Shown here one piece after another: positions 1-8,086 of a stretch of 64,000 nt of DNA (its first letter is position 1; each line of letters begins with the position of its first letter). This DNA is from an uncultured Bacteroidia bacterium (GTDB lineage Bacteria > Bacteroidota > Bacteroidia > Bacteroidales > F082): assembly GCA_902774295.1 (NCBI GenBank), contig CACYHP010000004.1:70489-134488 (forward strand). The letters run 5' to 3'. Made by a program: the position numbers and the translations under genes. Below the pieces are notes generated by a model. That model saw nothing but the letters and a program-made list of their open reading frames with translations. It had not been told where the DNA came from and ran no database searches.

Positions 1-147
1 CCGTTGAGTATCAGTAAGTACTGCATCGGTAGGGCATTGACCGACAAGACATTGAAACAGAATCGTTTTAAGAAGAAAATTATAAAATTAGATAAACTGA
101 AAAAACTGAGAGGATATGCTATTACAAATTCCGCAACAGACATTTGA
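1..147 (+). CDS. 3' end of an upstream gene (partial); possibly a VTC/polyphosphate-polymerase-domain protein
   Basis: Frame 1 is open from the window edge to TGA at 145-147 (PLSISKYCIGRALTDKTLKQNRFKK...). The family guess rests only on the usual VTC-DUF4956 neighbourhood. Confidence 0.3.
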   Translation, partial: PLSISKYCIGRALTDKTLKQNRFKKKIIKLDKLKKLRGYAITNSATDI

Positions 148-838
148 CCCTGATATAGCCCGCGAATTCGGCGGCGATGCGTTTGAATCATCGTTTCTCG
201 GCGTGCCGCTCTACGACATGACCAGTCTGTGGACACTTTTAGTGCGTTTTGCCTTCCATTTTGTCATCTGCTGGATCATCGTGAGGTGCTTTTACTACCC
301 GAAAAGCCGCCGCAACGACTATTATTTCACGTTCATGCTCTTCGCAGTGACGATTTTCCTGCTTATCATACAGATGGACAACATGAAGATGGCGATAAGC
401 TTCGCTTTGGGACTTTTTGCCATTTTCGGGATGATCCGATACCGAACGGAGACGCTGAAAGTACGCGAGATGACGTATCTTTTCATCATCATCGGTATTT
501 CAATCATCAACGGTTTGGCACTGACGGTGAGCTATCTCGAACTTGGCGTTACTAACTTGTTGTTTATCATTGCAATATGGCTGTTCGAAAGCGATATCAT
601 CACGACGAGACGTACCGAGACAAAAATCGTTCTTTACGACAAGATTGAGAACGTGAAACATGGTCGCGAGGCTGAACTTATCGCCGATTTGAAGGAACGT
701 ACGGGCTTGGATATCATCGAGGTTCAGGTCGGTCACATCGATTTTCTGCGTGACGTGGCGTATGTGAGCGTTACTTACAAGCCGTTCGCGAAGACACAAA
801 ACATGATTAACACAGTCACAAAACTGAAAGATTTTTAA
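116..838 (+). CDS. DUF4956-like integral membrane protein
   Basis: 240-aa ORF with several hydrophobic helices followed by a soluble C-terminal domain. The pattern recalls the DUF4956 family. Its stop overlaps the next start (TAATG). Confidence 0.55.
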   Translation: MLLQIPQQTFDPDIAREFGGDAFESSFLGVPLYDMTSLWTLLVRFAFHFVICWIIVRCFYYPKSRRNDYYFTFMLFAVTIFLLIIQMDNMKMAISFALGLFAIFGMIRYRTETLKVREMTYLFIIIGISIINGLALTVSYLELGVTNLLFIIAIWLFESDIITTRRTETKIVLYDKIENVKHGREAELIADLKERTGLDIIEVQVGHIDFLRDVAYVSVTYKPFAKTQNMINTVTKLKDF

Positions 839-1530
839 TGGCTGATTGGAAAAAATATGGCGTTGCTCTGATTCTGTTGTTGGTTTTGACAGCAAATGAT
901 GCGTTTGCCCAACGCACAACGGATTTCGGTGCCATATTGCAGGCCGAATATGAGAACAATTTCGTTGGAAACTATGATGTCTGGGTGAAGGAAGACCTTC
1001 GTTTCGACCACGATTTCTCAAAATATTCACGTTCGAAGACTACTTTAGGCTTTGATTACAAGTTTGTGAGATACGGTTTCAAGATAGGCGCAGGTTTTGA
1101 TTATATCAATAAATACACGGAAAAGCGCGTTTTTAGGAATCGTTATCGTTTCTTCGTCAATGCATCGTACAAATACACTTATCAAAACTGGGATTTCGGC
1201 TATAGAATGCGTTTCATAACGCTGTATCATGACGAAAGGACTGGCTATTACAACTATACGCCGGAGTTTAGCTGGCGAAACAAGCTTTCGGTGTCGTATC
1301 AACGTCCTTACAGTAGATACAAATACACCTTATATGGTGAGCTTTATTCTGATTTTAATAAGGATAAACGATTGGAACTCAGTACTTTACTGCTTGCTGG
1401 CGAAGTCGATTACCGCTTGACACGCAGGCAGCATCTGACGTTGTTTGTAAGAGATTACAGAGATTATTATATAGAATCCGACCAATTCAGGACGGTGTTT
1501 TTCGGTCTGGGTTGGAAATATAAACATTAA
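838..1530 (+). CDS. Secreted Tyr/Arg-rich putative outer-membrane beta-barrel protein (DUF2490-like)
   Basis: N-terminal signal peptide (LILLLVLTANDAFAQ), alternating aromatic beta-strand pattern, translationally coupled to the upstream gene. Confidence 0.45.
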   Translation: MADWKKYGVALILLLVLTANDAFAQRTTDFGAILQAEYENNFVGNYDVWVKEDLRFDHDFSKYSRSKTTLGFDYKFVRYGFKIGAGFDYINKYTEKRVFRNRYRFFVNASYKYTYQNWDFGYRMRFITLYHDERTGYYNYTPEFSWRNKLSVSYQRPYSRYKYTLYGELYSDFNKDKRLELSTLLLAGEVDYRLTRRQHLTLFVRDYRDYYIESDQFRTVFFGLGWKYKH

Positions 1531-1533
1531 ACC

Positions 1534-3366
1534 ATGAAAAAACTTATTACATCTATTTGCTTGTTAATCAGTGGATTAACTATGATGGGGCAATATGCTC
1601 CGGCGGGCGACAGCCTTAAGACACGTTGGGCTGCAGAAGTTACGCCTGAAAACGTTTGGCAAGAGTATCCGCGTCCACAAATGCTGCGATATGAAAGAGA
1701 TTTAAACATATTAAATTGGCAGAATCTCAACGGATTATGGGATTATGCCATTCGTCCGAAAGGCGAAAATAACATTGGCGAGTTTGACGGCAAGATTTTA
1801 GTGCCGTTTTGCATAGAATCATCGTTGTCGGGAGTGCAGAAATATGTCGGAAAAGACAATGAACTCTGGTATCAGCGAGAATTTGAAGTGCCGTCAAAAT
1901 GGAATGGCAAACGCATTTTGTTGCACTTTGGAGCTGTCGATTGGAAATGTGATGTTTGGGTAAATGATATAAAAGTTGGCTCACATACTGGCGGTTATAC
2001 TCCATTTTCAATGGATATCACCCAAGCTTTGAAGAAAAAAGGCAATGTTTTAAAGGTGCGTGTTTGGGACCCGACCGACCAAGGCGAGCAGCCTTGCGGC
2101 AAACAACATGTAAAGCCTCATGGAATCTGGTACACACCAGTCACAGGAATTTGGCAGACTGTTTGGCTTGAGCCAGTCAATGCAAATCATATCGTTGATG
2201 TAAAAATTGTGCCGGATATTGATAATCATAAAGTTACTGTTAAACCGGAGATTGTTAATCCTTCTAATGATAACAAGATTGAGGTTGTTGTTTCAGAGTT
2301 GTTTACGGATGTGGCGAAAGCATATTCAATCAATGGAGAGGATGTTGAGGTTTCAATGCCGGCTGATGCGAAGTTGTGGTCACCGGATTATCCATTCCTA
2401 TATGAAATGAGTATTATTCTGTATCAGGGCAATAAGGAAGTTGATTGGGTGAGTTGTTATTTCGCGATGCGTAAATTCAGCACTGCAAAGGACGAGAACG
2501 GCATTGTGCGTCTGATGCTTAACAACGAGCCGATTTTCATGTTCGGCCCGCTTGATCAAGGCTGGTGGTGCGACGGCCTCTACACCGCTCCGTGCGACGA
2601 AGCTTTGAGGTACGACATTGAGAAGACAAAAGATTTTGGCTATAACATGATTCGCAAACATGTGAAAGTGGAGCCAGCACGTTGGTACTACTGGTGCGAC
2701 CGTCTCGGCATCATAGTTTGGCAGGATATGCCATCGGGCGGTCGCGGTCCAGGCTGGGTGACAGATCGTTATTTCGACGGTTCACTTAGCCGCAGAACAC
2801 CTGAATCGGAGGCAACTTACAAGAAAGAATGGAAAGAAATCATCGATTATCTCTATTCGGTGCCTTCAATTGGCGTTTGGGTGCCGTTCAACGAGTCGTG
2901 GGGACAGTTCAAAACCCCTGAAATCGTTGAATGGACCAAGAGTTACGACCCGTCACGCTTAGTGAATCCTGCATCTGGCGGCAACCACTATCCGGTAGGC
3001 GATATCCTCGACATTCACAACTATCCTGACCCTGAGATGTATTTCTATGATGCATCACGCGTCAATGTCCTCGGCGAATATGGCGGAATCGGCAGGAAAA
3101 TAGAGGGACACACTTGGGTTCCGTCGCAAGGCTGGGGCTATGTGGAATACGACACCGAGGAAAAAGTCACCGACACCTATGTGGAATATGCCAACAAGCT
3201 TCTGGATCTTATTCCACGCGGATTCTCAGGTGCTGTCTATACCCAGACCACCGACTGTGAGGTGGAATTGAACGGCCTGATGACATACGATAGGGAAGTG
3301 ATTAAACTGAATGAGGAACGATTAAGGGAAATAAACCTGAAAATCTCGAATTATTTCAAGAAATAA
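1534..3366 (+). CDS. Glycoside hydrolase family 2 protein
   Basis: Signal peptide. GH2 sugar-binding and TIM-barrel motifs (WYQREFEVP..W.GKRILLHFGAVDW..DVWVN; NMIRKHVKVEP; VWVPFNESWGQ). Confidence 0.8.
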   Translation: MKKLITSICLLISGLTMMGQYAPAGDSLKTRWAAEVTPENVWQEYPRPQMLRYERDLNILNWQNLNGLWDYAIRPKGENNIGEFDGKILVPFCIESSLSGVQKYVGKDNELWYQREFEVPSKWNGKRILLHFGAVDWKCDVWVNDIKVGSHTGGYTPFSMDITQALKKKGNVLKVRVWDPTDQGEQPCGKQHVKPHGIWYTPVTGIWQTVWLEPVNANHIVDVKIVPDIDNHKVTVKPEIVNPSNDNKIEVVVSELFTDVAKAYSINGEDVEVSMPADAKLWSPDYPFLYEMSIILYQGNKEVDWVSCYFAMRKFSTAKDENGIVRLMLNNEPIFMFGPLDQGWWCDGLYTAPCDEALRYDIEKTKDFGYNMIRKHVKVEPARWYYWCDRLGIIVWQDMPSGGRGPGWVTDRYFDGSLSRRTPESEATYKKEWKEIIDYLYSVPSIGVWVPFNESWGQFKTPEIVEWTKSYDPSRLVNPASGGNHYPVGDILDIHNYPDPEMYFYDASRVNVLGEYGGIGRKIEGHTWVPSQGWGYVEYDTEEKVTDTYVEYANKLLDLIPRGFSGAVYTQTTDCEVELNGLMTYDREVIKLNEERLREINLKISNYFKK

Positions 3367-3371
3367 AAAAT

Positions 3372-3400
3372 GTAGAGACGTCACAGTGTGGCGTCTCTAC
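3372..3400. terminator. GTAGAGACG...CGTCTCTAC hairpin (family B) between convergent genes
   Basis: 12-bp stem GTAGAGACGTCA/TGGCGTCTCTAC with a 5-nt loop, followed by GTGTTTTC. The same hairpin word recurs at 11616, 44735 and inside murB. Confidence 0.6.
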
Positions 3401-3429
3401 GTGTTTTCGATAATCTGTGTAATTATCTA

Positions 3430-3597
3430 TTAGTCCTCAACGATAGCTTCGTTAGGGCAAACGCTTGCGCATGTGCCGCATGAAACGCAGTTATCAGCGT
3501 TGATCGAATAGATGCTACCTTCTGAAATAGCGCCGACTGGGCACTCGTCGATGCAAGTACCGCAAGCTACACAGCTGTCTAAAATTTTGTATGCCAT
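3430..3597 (-). CDS. 4Fe-4S dicluster ferredoxin (55 aa)
   Basis: MAYKILDSCVACGTCIDECPVGAI...CVSCGTCASVCPNEAI carries two CxxCxxCxxxCP motifs. I moved the start to the internal ATG at 3595-3597; the longer ORF runs through the promoter. Confidence 0.85.
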   Translation of the reverse strand: MAYKILDSCVACGTCIDECPVGAISEGSIYSINADNCVSCGTCASVCPNEAIVED

Positions 3598-3623
3598 AAT
3601 ATTATAGTTTAGAAAATTTTCTG

Positions 3624-3631
3624 CAAAGATA
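3624..3631 (-). promoter_or_regulatory. Bacteroidetes -7 box (TATCTTTG) for the ferredoxin gene
   Basis: Reverse complement of CAAAGATA matches TAnnTTTG, about 27 nt upstream of the ATG. Confidence 0.45.
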
Positions 3632-3703
3632 TAGGTTTTTCTAATACACAACGCCATTTTGAAAAAATATTTTTTTTTGTTTTTTTTATCAAAAATATAT
3701 GCT

Positions 3704-3711
3704 TAATTTTG
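3704..3711 (+). promoter_or_regulatory. Bacteroidetes -7 box (TAATTTTG) for korAB
   Basis: Matches TAnnTTTG in an AT-rich divergent intergenic region upstream of 3792. Confidence 0.45.
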
Positions 3712-3791
3712 CAGAAAAATTGGGAGTCATCCCTGAGAAGAGGAAAAATAATCTAAGTTATTAAAATACAATAAATTAAATTCAATTTCTT

Positions 3792-5633
3792 ATGGCTAAC
3801 AGAACAAAAGTTGTAGAACTTGAACACGTAGTTATCCGTTTTGCGGGTGACTCTGGCGACGGTATGCAGCTGACAGGAAACCTGTTTTCTGATTCAACAG
3901 CTTTAGCAGGCAATGATTTTGCCACCTTCCCAGACTATCCTGGAGAAATCCGTCCACCACAAGGTACAGTGTCTGGCGTCTCCGGATTCCAGGTACATTT
4001 CGGACATAAACCAGTCCACACCACAGGTGACCTTTGCGATGTCCTCGTCGCAATGAACCCAGCCTCAATTAAGGCCAACATGCGCTGGCTCAAGCCGGGT
4101 ACAACAATCATCTTCGACATCGACTCGATGAACGACAAGGCTCTTGAAAAAGCCGGTTACACATCAGACCCGACACAGGATGACACCCTCAGCCAGTACA
4201 AAGTCGTCAAAGCTCCTATCACATCAATGACACTCGAGGCTTTGAAAGACTTCGGTTGGGACCGCAAGGCTATGCTCAAGTCAAAGAACATGTTCGCTCT
4301 CGGCATCGTGATGTACCTCTTCAACCGCGACATCACCATGTTGAACGGATATTTCAATACAAAATTCAAAAACAAACCAGAAGTCATCAAGGCTAACCAG
4401 ACTGTCGTTGCAGCAGGTTACAGCTACGCTGACACTATGGAAATCTTCGCCAATACATATCGTATTGAGCCGGCTAACCTCGCTAAAGGCAAATACCGTG
4501 ACATCACCGGTAACGTCGCTACAGCATGGGGTTTGATGGCAGCAGCAGAGCGTTCGGGCCGTCAGATCTTCTGCGGTTCATATCCTATCACTCCTGCTAC
4601 AGATATCCTCGCAGAGTTGGTGAAATATAAGAACTTAAAGGTTAAGGCTTTCCAGGCTGAAGATGAGATTGCAGGTATCTGCTCATCACTCGGCGCATCA
4701 TTCGCTGGCTGCTTGGCAGTGACCACAACATCAGGTCCTGGTCTTTCACTGAAGTCAGAAGCTCTCGGCCTCGCAGTAATGACAGAGCTCCCACTCGTCG
4801 TCGTCGACGTACAGCGTGGCGGCCCTTCAACAGGTCTCCCAACCAAGTCGGAACAGAGCGACCTCATGCAGGCCATCTACGGACGTAATGGTGACGCTCC
4901 TCTTATCGTCTTGGCAGCACGCAGCTCATCAGACTGCTTCTACTCAGCATACGAAGCCGCTAAGCTCGCTATGGAGCACATGACACCTGTCATCCTCCTT
5001 ACAGAAGGCGCTCTCGGCAATGGTTCTGAGATCCTCCGCATCCCAAGAGTCGCTGACCTCCCGGCTATCGTCCCGCCAATCGCAAAGGCAAACGACCCAG
5101 AATGGCAGCCTTACAAACGTGATGAGGAAAAACTCAACAGACAGTGGGCTATCCCTGGAACAGAAGGCCTCCGCCACCGCATCAGCGGCCTTGAAAAAGC
5201 CAACGGCTCAGGTAACCTCTCTCTCGACCCGAAGAACCACCAGCTCATGGTTGAACTTCGTGAAGAGAAAGTGCAGCGCGTAGCCAACTTCATCCCTGAA
5301 CAGGAAATCGTCGGTGACCCTAACGCTGACCTCCTCGTGGTGAGCTGGGGCGGCACATACGGCGTTGTCCTCTCAGTCGTCGAGAAAATGCTCGAAGAAG
5401 GCAAGTCTGTCGCTCATGCACACTTCCGCCACATCATGCCTCTGCCAAAGAACACAGCAAAGGTGTTGAGCGGTCACAAGAAAATCGTCGTCTGTGAGAA
5501 CAACAACGGTCAGTTCGTGAACTACCTCAGAGAGAAGATGCCTGACTTCAAGTATGAACAATACAACAAGATTCAGGGCCTCCCATTCCTCACAGCAGAG
5601 TTAGAAAATAAGTTTAATGACCTTTTAAAATAA
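3792..5633 (+). CDS. korA: 2-oxoacid:ferredoxin oxidoreductase, alpha subunit
   Basis: 613 aa. The N-terminal gamma-like domain (IRFAGDSGDGMQLTG) is fused to the alpha domain, and the TPP-binding beta subunit follows directly. Confidence 0.85.
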   Translation: MANRTKVVELEHVVIRFAGDSGDGMQLTGNLFSDSTALAGNDFATFPDYPGEIRPPQGTVSGVSGFQVHFGHKPVHTTGDLCDVLVAMNPASIKANMRWLKPGTTIIFDIDSMNDKALEKAGYTSDPTQDDTLSQYKVVKAPITSMTLEALKDFGWDRKAMLKSKNMFALGIVMYLFNRDITMLNGYFNTKFKNKPEVIKANQTVVAAGYSYADTMEIFANTYRIEPANLAKGKYRDITGNVATAWGLMAAAERSGRQIFCGSYPITPATDILAELVKYKNLKVKAFQAEDEIAGICSSLGASFAGCLAVTTTSGPGLSLKSEALGLAVMTELPLVVVDVQRGGPSTGLPTKSEQSDLMQAIYGRNGDAPLIVLAARSSSDCFYSAYEAAKLAMEHMTPVILLTEGALGNGSEILRIPRVADLPAIVPPIAKANDPEWQPYKRDEEKLNRQWAIPGTEGLRHRISGLEKANGSGNLSLDPKNHQLMVELREEKVQRVANFIPEQEIVGDPNADLLVVSWGGTYGVVLSVVEKMLEEGKSVAHAHFRHIMPLPKNTAKVLSGHKKIVVCENNNGQFVNYLREKMPDFKYEQYNKIQGLPFLTAELENKFNDLLK

Positions 5634-5640
5634 GATTACC

Positions 5641-6675
5641 ATGGAAAACACAAATTTAAATAATCAGGTTGTTAATCTTACTAAAGAAGATTTCGTTTGC
5701 GATCAGATAGTGAAATGGTGCCCAGGTTGCGGTGACCACGCTATTTTGAAAGTTTTACAGGACGTGTTCCCACAGCTCGGTAAGAGAAAAGAAGACATCT
5801 GCGTCGTCTCTGGTATCGGCTGCTCATCACGTTTCCCGCACTATATGAACACCTACGGATTCCACAGCATCCACGGCCGCGCTTGCGCTATCGCAACAGG
5901 CGTGAAGCTCGCAAATCCTAACCTCTCAGTTTGGGTCATCACAGGTGACGGCGACTGCACAGCTATCGGTGGTAACCACTTCATCCACGCTGTCCGCCGT
6001 AACATGGACATGAACCTCCTTCTGTTCAACAACCGTATCTACGGTATGACAAAAGGCCAGTTCTCACCATGTACATTCCGTGGCACAGTCACAAAGACTT
6101 CTCCACAAGGTACATATGAGGATCCATTCAACGTTGGTGAACTCGTTATCGGCGCTGGCGGCAAGTTCTTCGCCCGTGGCGTTGATGTCAACACAAAGGA
6201 ACTCACCGACATCTGCTTGAGAGCTAAGAATCACGACGGTATGTCAGTCATCGAGGTGCTCCAGAACTGTATGATTTTCTCGAACGGCGTTCACGAAAAC
6301 ATTACAGGCAAGGACGTCCGCGACGATATGCAGGTGAAGTGCGAACACGGCAAACCTCTCATCTTCGGTAAGGAGAGAAACAAAGGTCTGCGTCTTAACG
6401 GAAACAAACTCGAAGTCGTCACAATCGGCGAAAACGGCATCACAGAAAAGGATATCCTCGTCCACGACGAGAAGGAAGAAACTACAGGTATCCACATGAT
6501 GCTCGCCCATATGATGCCTCCTGCGTTCCCAATCGCTATCGGCGTTATCCGCAACGTGGATGCCCCGACTTACGACGACTGCCTCACCGACGTCATCGAA
6601 CGCGAATCAGCCAAGTCGAACATCAAGACTGTCGACGACTTGCTGAACAGCGGTACAACATGGGATATTAAATAA
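5641..6675 (+). CDS. korB: 2-oxoacid:ferredoxin oxidoreductase, beta (TPP-binding) subunit
   Basis: WCPGCGDH and GDGD..AIGGNH..A.RRN motifs typical of KorB/OorB. Confidence 0.85.
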   Translation: MENTNLNNQVVNLTKEDFVCDQIVKWCPGCGDHAILKVLQDVFPQLGKRKEDICVVSGIGCSSRFPHYMNTYGFHSIHGRACAIATGVKLANPNLSVWVITGDGDCTAIGGNHFIHAVRRNMDMNLLLFNNRIYGMTKGQFSPCTFRGTVTKTSPQGTYEDPFNVGELVIGAGGKFFARGVDVNTKELTDICLRAKNHDGMSVIEVLQNCMIFSNGVHENITGKDVRDDMQVKCEHGKPLIFGKERNKGLRLNGNKLEVVTIGENGITEKDILVHDEKEETTGIHMMLAHMMPPAFPIAIGVIRNVDAPTYDDCLTDVIERESAKSNIKTVDDLLNSGTTWDIK

Positions 6676-6704
6676 TGTAGGGACGTACGTCCTAACAAAA
6701 AATG

Positions 6705-6737
6705 AAAAAATCCCGTCTTCATGGCGGGATTTTTTTT
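6705..6737 (+). terminator. Rho-independent terminator after korB
   Basis: AAAAAATCCCG...CGGGATTTTTTTT hairpin with a T-run. It is preceded by the small palindrome GGACGTACGTCC at about 6681-6692. Confidence 0.65.
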
Positions 6738-6744
6738 ATTTTTG
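6737..6744 (+). promoter_or_regulatory. -7 box (TATTTTTG) just upstream of the flavin reductase gene
   Basis: Matches TAnnTTTG only 5 nt before the ATG at 6749, implying a near-leaderless mRNA or a downstream start. Confidence 0.35.
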
Positions 6745-6748
6745 CAAC

Positions 6749-7384
6749 ATGAAAAGAAGTTTTAAACCCGGAACAATGCTTTATCCACTGCCGGTGGTGA
6801 TGGTCTCGTGCGGCGACAGCCCCGAGAACTATAACATCATCACGGTGGCGTGGACAGGTATTTTATGCTCCGACCCGCCGATGTGCTACATATCGGTGAG
6901 AAAAGAACGCCACTCACATGCGATAATCTCCAGAACAAAAGAGTTTGTGATAAACCTCACGACAGATGCCTTGGCAAAAGCCACCGACTGGTGCGGCGTA
7001 CGCTCTGGAAGAGATCACAACAAGTTCAAAGAGATGCATCTCACGCCTGAGCAGGCCGAGGTGGTCAAAGCTCCTATGATAGCTGAATCGCCAGTAAATA
7101 TCGAGTGCAAAGTGGTTGATATCAAGGAGTTAGGCTCGCACGATATGTTTATGGCAGAGATAGTGGCAGTTCATGGTGACGAAAAATATTTCGACCCGAG
7201 CACAGGACTTTTCCAGCTCAATCAGGCCGAGTTGATAACATATTCGCACGGGAAATACTATTCTTTGGGCGAGAAAATAGGCAAATTCGGTTTCTCAGTA
7301 GAGAAAATTCAACATAAAAGGAAAACTTCCTCATCGTCATTTCGACCGGAGCGAAGCGTAGTGGAGAAATCTCCTAAAAAATAG
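6749..7384 (+). CDS. Flavin reductase-like (FMN-binding split-barrel) protein with a repeat-derived C-terminal tail
   Basis: YPLPVVMVSCG...NIITVAW.G...P....ISVR pattern of flavin reductase-like domains. The last ~17 aa (SSSSFRPERSVVEKSPKK) are encoded by the family A repeat. Confidence 0.75.
   Translation: MKRSFKPGTMLYPLPVVMVSCGDSPENYNIITVAWTGILCSDPPMCYISVRKERHSHAIISRTKEFVINLTTDALAKATDWCGVRSGRDHNKFKEMHLTPEQAEVVKAPMIAESPVNIECKVVDIKELGSHDMFMAEIVAVHGDEKYFDPSTGLFQLNQAELITYSHGKYYSLGEKIGKFGFSVEKIQHKRKTSSSSFRPERSVVEKSPKK
7336..7374 (+). repeat. Family A dispersed element, copy 1 (inside a CDS 3' end)
   Basis: GTCATTTCGACCGGAGCGAAGCGTAGTGGAGAAATCTCC. Confidence 0.85.
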
Positions 7385-7391
7385 ACGAAAA

Positions 7392-8009
7392 ATGGATTAC
7401 ATTAAAGTTAAAGGCTTACAAAAAGACGAAGTCATCGGTTTGGTGAAGGAATGGATCAAGTTGTATCCTCATTCTTTCAACCCGGAAGTGAATTTTTGGT
7501 TTTACGAACTCGCTGAGGATCAGGTGATTATCGGCTTGCACGATGATTTGAGCACCTTGGCGGTCAGCCTGTTGGTCATTTATCTGACTTCAGCATTGAA
7601 AGACTCCACTGAGGTCGATAATGTTGTTGCATACCTCACTGTTGATGACAACGAAATCTTGTTAAAACAGAATTACGGCCGTCGCGCAAAGATCGTGGCG
7701 AAAGGTACCGATGACGACAACACTGGCGTGATAATCCTTTTGGAAAACAACTATTGTGTCGACTATTATTTCCGTGGCAAAGCACATCAGATCAAAAATC
7801 ACGGATTTGTCTTCTTGGAACCATCACTTCCCGAATCCATTGAAAACGCTGAGAAAGACGAGATTTTTGTTGGTGACATTGTCCCGAAGAAAAAGATTGA
7901 GCAATCGCTTGAACCTGATGCGTCACCATGGAAGAAGCTGATGTGGTATGCCATCTGCACTGCTGTCGGTCTCGGCATCGGATTCCTGCTGGTTTACCTA
8001 TATTTTTAA
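7392..8009 (+). CDS. Hypothetical protein with a C-terminal transmembrane anchor
   Basis: 205-aa ORF with no motif I recognise. The C-terminal hydrophobic helix is LMWYAICTAVGLGIGFLLVYLYF. Confidence 0.45.
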   Translation: MDYIKVKGLQKDEVIGLVKEWIKLYPHSFNPEVNFWFYELAEDQVIIGLHDDLSTLAVSLLVIYLTSALKDSTEVDNVVAYLTVDDNEILLKQNYGRRAKIVAKGTDDDNTGVIILLENNYCVDYYFRGKAHQIKNHGFVFLEPSLPESIENAEKDEIFVGDIVPKKKIEQSLEPDASPWKKLMWYAICTAVGLGIGFLLVYLYF

Positions 8010-8018
8010 TGAGCTACC

Positions 8019-8055
8019 GTCATTTCGACCGAAGCGAAGCATAGTGGAGAAATCC
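8019..8055 (+). repeat. Family A dispersed element, copy 2 (intergenic)
   Basis: GTCATTTCGACCGAAGCGAAGCATAGTGGAGAAATCC, 10 nt after the stop of the preceding ORF. Confidence 0.85.
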
Positions 8056-8086
8056 TATTTAATCCAAATAAAATAAAAAAGGAAAC

